NCBI GenBank assembly: GCA_963809035.1
Contig: CAWEHV010000002.1
Span: forward strand, 1,932,570-1,996,569
DNA: 64,000 bases
Direction: 5' to 3'
Source: an uncultured Thermoplasmata archaeon
GTDB lineage: Archaea; Thermoplasmatota; Thermoplasmata; Lutacidiplasmatales; UBA184
Both the position numbers and the translations under genes were made by a program. This document shows, in pieces, positions 59,771 to 64,000 of the stretch. The number at the start of each line of letters is the position of its first letter. Position 1 is the first letter of the stretch. The notes beneath the pieces were generated by a model that did not search any database, was not told the origin of the DNA, and saw nothing but the letters and a program-made list of their open reading frames with translations.

Positions 59771-60589
59771 GTGGCACTAATCCGTCTGGACCAGGTGAGC
59801 AAGAGCTTCGCGTCCCGCCACGGCTCCATGCTGATCATGGAAGGGATCTCGTTCGACGTCAAGGACGCGGACTTCCTCGCGATCGTCGGTCCCTCGGGCT
59901 GCGGCAAGTCGACGCTCCTCCGACTGATCCAAGGACTGGACCATCCCACCTCCGGGCAGATCTACTTCCGGGACAAGCCTGTCTCTCAGGTCTGCCACGA
60001 GATGGCGATGGTCTTCCAGAACTTCGCACTCCTTCCCTGGCTGACCGTCTCCCAGAACGTCACGTTCGGACTGGAAGCGCTCGGTTGGGCTCCGGACCGG
60101 ATCCACGCGCAGTCGGAACGATACATCTCTGTCACCGGTCTCGAAGGGTTCGAGGAGGCCTACCCGCGGGAGCTTTCGGGCGGGATGCGCCAACGGGTCG
60201 GGCTCGCCCGCGCCCTGGCCGTGGAGCCGGCCGTCCTTCTCATGGACGAACCGTTCAGCGCGTTGGACCCATTGACGGCCGAGAGTCTTCGTGAGGAGGT
60301 CCTCCAGCTCTGGAGGGACCCCCAGCTCCCGCCGGAGGCCGTCGTGCTCGTGACGCACAACATCGAGGAGGCCATCCAGCTCGCGGACCGGATCATCGTC
60401 ATGGCCCGCCGCCCGTCGCACCTCCTGGAGCAGGTCAACGTCGACCTGCCCCGACCTCGCGACCGGAAGTCCCCCGCGTTCTACGACCTCACCGACCGGG
60501 TCTACTCCCTCATCACGGAGAGCGGGGTTCCTCGCCCCCCCGCGGGAGCAGCTCCCACGCTCGCCCCTTCGTCCTCACAACCCTTATAG
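59771..60589 (+). CDS. NitT/TauT-family ABC transporter ATP-binding protein
   Basis: GPSGCGKST, LSGGMRQR, LLMDEPF, VTHNIEEA. Confidence 0.95.
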   Translation: MALIRLDQVSKSFASRHGSMLIMEGISFDVKDADFLAIVGPSGCGKSTLLRLIQGLDHPTSGQIYFRDKPVSQVCHEMAMVFQNFALLPWLTVSQNVTFGLEALGWAPDRIHAQSERYISVTGLEGFEEAYPRELSGGMRQRVGLARALAVEPAVLLMDEPFSALDPLTAESLREEVLQLWRDPQLPPEAVVLVTHNIEEAIQLADRIIVMARRPSHLLEQVNVDLPRPRDRKSPAFYDLTDRVYSLITESGVPRPPAGAAPTLAPSSSQPL

Positions 60590-60627
60590 GGCACTTCCTC
60601 GGTCGGTTTCCCCTCCAAGGAGTACCG

Positions 60628-61242
60628 TTGGCAACGAGCTACCCGAAGTGCAGCCCGACCGAGATGATGGGGCTGCTCGTCCTGTTGAACTCCCACAAGG
60701 GGTCGGAGGACATCGCTCGCCTCGCCGACGACCTTGACCTCGAGATCGACGAGATCCTCCCGGCGGTCGACTACGCCGAAGTGCTCCAGCTCGTCAAAGT
60801 CTCCGACGGGCGGGCGACCCTCACCGACCTCGGGAAGAAATTCCTCGCGTCCACCATCCGGGACCGGAAGCTGATCCTCCGGGAGCAGCTCCTCCGGACC
60901 ACCCTCTTCCGGACCCTCTTGCGCGCTCTCGACAGGGCGCCGGAACGTCAGCTTACCGACGAGGAACTCGGCTCGATCGTCTCGCTCGCCCAGGCACCGC
61001 TCGAAGACGCGGTCCAGAACATCGTCAACTGGGGCCGGTATGCCGAGCTGTTTCGCTACGACTCGGACGAGCATCGCCTGACCCAGCTCCGGCACCCTCC
61101 CGTGAGGACCGGGGGCGGAACCCGACCACCTCCTCCCTCCTCGCCGTCCGAATCGAAAGGGCGCAGCCCCCCACCGCGGGCCGGGCGACCCCCCTCGGAG
61201 ACGGAGACGCGCTCCGCCCCCTTGGCTTCCCTGGCGGCCTAG
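60628..61242 (+). CDS. AAA-associated (NitT/TauT ATPase C-terminal) domain protein
   Basis: GSEDIARLADDLDLEIDEILP...NWGRYAELFRYD. Confidence 0.8.
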   Translation: MATSYPKCSPTEMMGLLVLLNSHKGSEDIARLADDLDLEIDEILPAVDYAEVLQLVKVSDGRATLTDLGKKFLASTIRDRKLILREQLLRTTLFRTLLRALDRAPERQLTDEELGSIVSLAQAPLEDAVQNIVNWGRYAELFRYDSDEHRLTQLRHPPVRTGGGTRPPPPSSPSESKGRSPPPRAGRPPSETETRSAPLASLAA

Positions 61243-61327
61243 ATCTCACTCGTACCAGTTCATGGCGTCGCGGTTCGTCGGGTCTTTAAGCCCCGCAGAA
61301 CCCGTACCTCCCCCGAGGTAGTCGGTC

Positions 61328-61888
61328 ATGGCCTTGTTGCAGGTCGCCGGGATCCCTTCGAGCCTTCGGAAGCACGCGTACAGTACCGGACTTCTGCGCG
61401 CCGCGCAGGAAGTGGCCCCGGCCGATATGAGAATAGAAATCCTCGACATCTCGGAATTCCCGCTCTTCAACCAGGACGACGAGGCCGATCCTCCCGGGTC
61501 GGTCCAGGTCTTCAAGGAGAAAGTGAGGAAGGCCGATGCCGTCCTCTTTGCCCTCAACGAGCACGACTTCTCGGTCTCTGCGGCGCTCAAGAACGCCCTC
61601 GACTGGGGCGCCCGGCCCGACCCAGACAACGTGTGGAAAGGCAAACCCGCCGGGATCATGAGCTCCTCGATCGGCCGGATCGGTGGGGCGCGGGCCCAGT
61701 ACCATCTGCGTCAGATGTTCGTCTGGCTCAACGTCTTCCCGATCAACCAGCCCGAGGTGAGCGTCCCGTTCGCCCCGAAGGGGTTCGACGAGACGGGGAA
61801 GCTCATAGACGAGCAGAGCCGGAAGTTCATGACCGGCCACTTGACCGAGCTCGCCCGGTTCACCCGACAACTTCAGGCGAAGGTCTGA
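61328..61888 (+). CDS. NADPH-dependent FMN reductase (ChrR/YieF-like)
   Basis: SLRKHAYS, FPLFNQD, LKNALDW, GGARAQYHLRQ. Confidence 0.9.
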   Translation: MALLQVAGIPSSLRKHAYSTGLLRAAQEVAPADMRIEILDISEFPLFNQDDEADPPGSVQVFKEKVRKADAVLFALNEHDFSVSAALKNALDWGARPDPDNVWKGKPAGIMSSSIGRIGGARAQYHLRQMFVWLNVFPINQPEVSVPFAPKGFDETGKLIDEQSRKFMTGHLTELARFTRQLQAKV

Positions 61889-61963
61889 GGCCGGGCCCGA
61901 CCTTCCCCCGCCGACCCGCGGCCCAGAAGCCCTTAAACTGGGTCGGCCCTCCCCCGCGCGGCT

Positions 61964-62035
61964 GGGCACGTAGATCAGCGGAAGATCGCTGCTTTCGCAA
62001 AGCAGAGGTCGGGGGTTCAAATCCCCCCGTGTCCA
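61964..62035 (+). tRNA. tRNA-Ala(CGC)
   Basis: GGGCACG/CGTGTCC acceptor with G3:U70, CTGCT-TTCGCAA-AGCAG, GGTTCAAATCC; CTTAAA box about 27-32 nt upstream. Confidence 0.96.
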
Positions 62036-62240
62036 TGATCCCACTTCGGCCAAGGGCTGCCTCGATGGGGGCCCTCCGGCTCGCCCGGAAGTTGCGGGGG
62101 GTCCTAGACCCACCCTGTTGGGGGTCCGCGAGGGAAAAGAAAGCTGGGGGAAAGGGTTCGACTGCGGGGATCAGGGGGGTCGCGGAGAGACTCTCGGGTT
62201 CCCCCTTAGCTCATTCCATCTTCGCTCCGAATTCTCCCCT

Positions 62241-63254
62241 CTAGGAGTACTCGTAGACCTTGGCTACGAACGCCCCGGTCACGTAGACTCGGTCGTTCGC
62301 GTCGTCGTACGCGATCCCGTTAAAGTGGGCTCCGGACGGGCCGTGGATCGTGTAGACCACGGAGAGCCCCCGGACCTCGGAGACGGTGTTGGACCCGATG
62401 TTGGTCACGTACACGCTGAGCTTCGACTGGTCCCAGACAGCCCAGGTCGGACTCGTCCCGACGGTTACGGTCCCAACGACCGTGCCCACACCGTTGATCA
62501 CCGAGAGGGTGTCCGAGATCAGGTTGGCGACGTAGACGTCAGAATCCACCGGGTCGTACGCGATCCCGTTGGGGCCACTGCCGACCGCGATGTTGATGTT
62601 CAAGCTCTCGTCCATGGGGAGAGCCGCGTCCAACGAAGTGACGTTGGCGCTCAGCCGGTTGGTGACGAGGAGGCGGCTACCGGTGGGGTCGTACACCATC
62701 ATGAACGGTCCGGAGCCTACGGTCGTCGTCCCGACGACCGCCGTTCCCCGGAGGAACGTGACCGTGTTCGAGTTCCGGTTCGTGACGGCCATGAGACCGG
62801 CGGCGGGATCAAACGCGATCCCCCACGGGTGGGCGAAGGTCGCGCTCGTGATCGTTTTGACGATCGTGCCCGTGCCCGAGAGGACGTAAATCTGGCCCAG
62901 CACACCGTCCGCGACCCAGACCCGGTTGGTCTGCGGGTCGAACCCGGATCCCCAGGTTTGTGCCCCAGCGGGGAAGGTCACCGTCGCAATGACCTTGCAT
63001 CCCGAGATGATCGAGAGATTGGCCGTCCCCTGGTTCGGGACGAAGAGGTCGTGATTCACGGGGTCGTACGTAGCAAACTGTGGGATTCCCCCGACGTTGA
63101 TCGCGCACTTAGCATGCGTCAGTGGCGGTGGCGGGGTCGCGCTCGATGCTGCCCAGTTGGTCGCGCTCACGGCCGGGATCGCCAGTAGCAGCACGCCCGT
63201 GAGCAGCACGATCGTTCCCAATCCCCATCGGTATCGTCGATTTTCTCCTCTCAT
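62241..63254 (-). CDS. Secreted YVTN/YncE beta-propeller protein
   Basis: Signal peptide and seven GIAYDP/VYVTN-like blades. Confidence 0.85.
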   Translation of the reverse strand: MRGENRRYRWGLGTIVLLTGVLLLAIPAVSATNWAASSATPPPPLTHAKCAINVGGIPQFATYDPVNHDLFVPNQGTANLSIISGCKVIATVTFPAGAQTWGSGFDPQTNRVWVADGVLGQIYVLSGTGTIVKTITSATFAHPWGIAFDPAAGLMAVTNRNSNTVTFLRGTAVVGTTTVGSGPFMMVYDPTGSRLLVTNRLSANVTSLDAALPMDESLNINIAVGSGPNGIAYDPVDSDVYVANLISDTLSVINGVGTVVGTVTVGTSPTWAVWDQSKLSVYVTNIGSNTVSEVRGLSVVYTIHGPSGAHFNGIAYDDANDRVYVTGAFVAKVYEYS

Positions 63255-63402
63255 AGTTCATTTTCCGGGGGTTCTCCCCGAGCCCCGGAGTTCCTCCATG
63301 GCCATAGTTCGGCTGCGAACCCATGTTTCCATTTCGGACCGATTTTGTGACATTCCATCGGGTTATCAGATGGCTCCTTGCATCAATTTGAGAGAGGCGA
63401 CC

Positions 63403-63588
63403 ATGAGCGGCGCCGCACCGACCAACCTCGATCGCCTCGCGGGAAAAATCCGCTGGCATGCCTCGAAGGTCCTCCAAGCTGCGGCTCGGGATGCCGTCAC
63501 CCTGACGAAGATCACCTACCAGGAAACGAGTAGGGCCGTCAAAGAGGTCGTCGACCAATCCAGGCGGGATCCGCGTAAGCCGGCCTAG
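63403..63588 (+). CDS. Small hypothetical protein (61 aa)
   Basis: GAGAGG RBS before the ATG; amphipathic helical composition. Confidence 0.45.
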   Translation: MSGAAPTNLDRLAGKIRWHASKVLQAAARDAVTLTKITYQETSRAVKEVVDQSRRDPRKPA

Positions 63589-64000
63589 CTCGACCGGGGG
63601 TGGGGCCCAACCCATTCCCCAGTTCCGAGTGCGGCATGAGGCCGATGGCAACGGCTCGGGCCCCCCTTCCCAAATCGCATCCTACCTGCCAAGAAGGGTG
63701 AGTCCCGCCGGTTTTCCTTGGTTGCGTGGGGTACGGGCTCGCGTCGACTCAGAAGAAGGACCGTTCCGCGACCTTCCCGAACGGGTAGGCTCTCCGACCC
63801 CGTTCGACCCCTCGTGGCCGGGTGGGTCGGTGGGGTCTACCGCATCGGGCCGGAGTACTGGGTGTAGGTGAAGGGCTCCTTATCCTGGAGGTCGATCGGC
63901 GGGATGGGATCGAGGACCGAACGGCGGAGGCAATCCTCGCCAGTCTTCGAATGGCCTACCCGACAAGAGGGGAGCCTGGGTAGACCCGGGCGAGGAGAAG

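Noticed and set aside
214-63871. Many long alternative-frame and antisense ORFs in the track (e.g. 1416-3044, 32862-35171, 42226-43680)
   Set aside because: R/G/P-rich shadow ORFs typical of high-GC DNA, overlapping well-supported genes

Overview
High-GC (roughly two-thirds G+C by eye) archaeal chromosome segment. TBP, aIF-1A, Cdc6/Orc1, Bud32, Rpp21, Tsr3, an archaeal CCA-adding enzyme, archaeal GluRS and thermopsin-type surface repeats point to a soil/sediment Thermoplasmata lineage; a Lutacidiplasmatales-like assignment is an inference. Most of the window is housekeeping: beta-oxidation/ETF genes, RNA modification and processing, transporters and four tRNAs. Four things stand out. (1) A 759-bp transposase-less cassette (4177-4935) has 21-bp terminal inverted repeats, a 9-bp target-site duplication, seven copies of a 12-bp subterminal motif and one orphan membrane-protein passenger; a degenerate related end lies near 718-772. 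(2) A tRNA-Gln(CTG)/tRNA-Leu(TAG) pair carries three non-canonical BHB introns (positions 21/22 and 59/60), which is unexpected for Thermoplasmata. (3) A bacterial-type pentose phosphate operon with the complete oxidative branch (tkt, tal-pgi, HAD, gnd, zwf, pgl) is followed by a convergent ROK glucokinase. (4) A candidate pseudoknotted RNA sits in the leader of an unknown triple zinc-ribbon/RGG-tail protein. Seven or eight single-base frameshifts, mostly in C/G runs, look like long-read consensus errors rather than pseudogenes.
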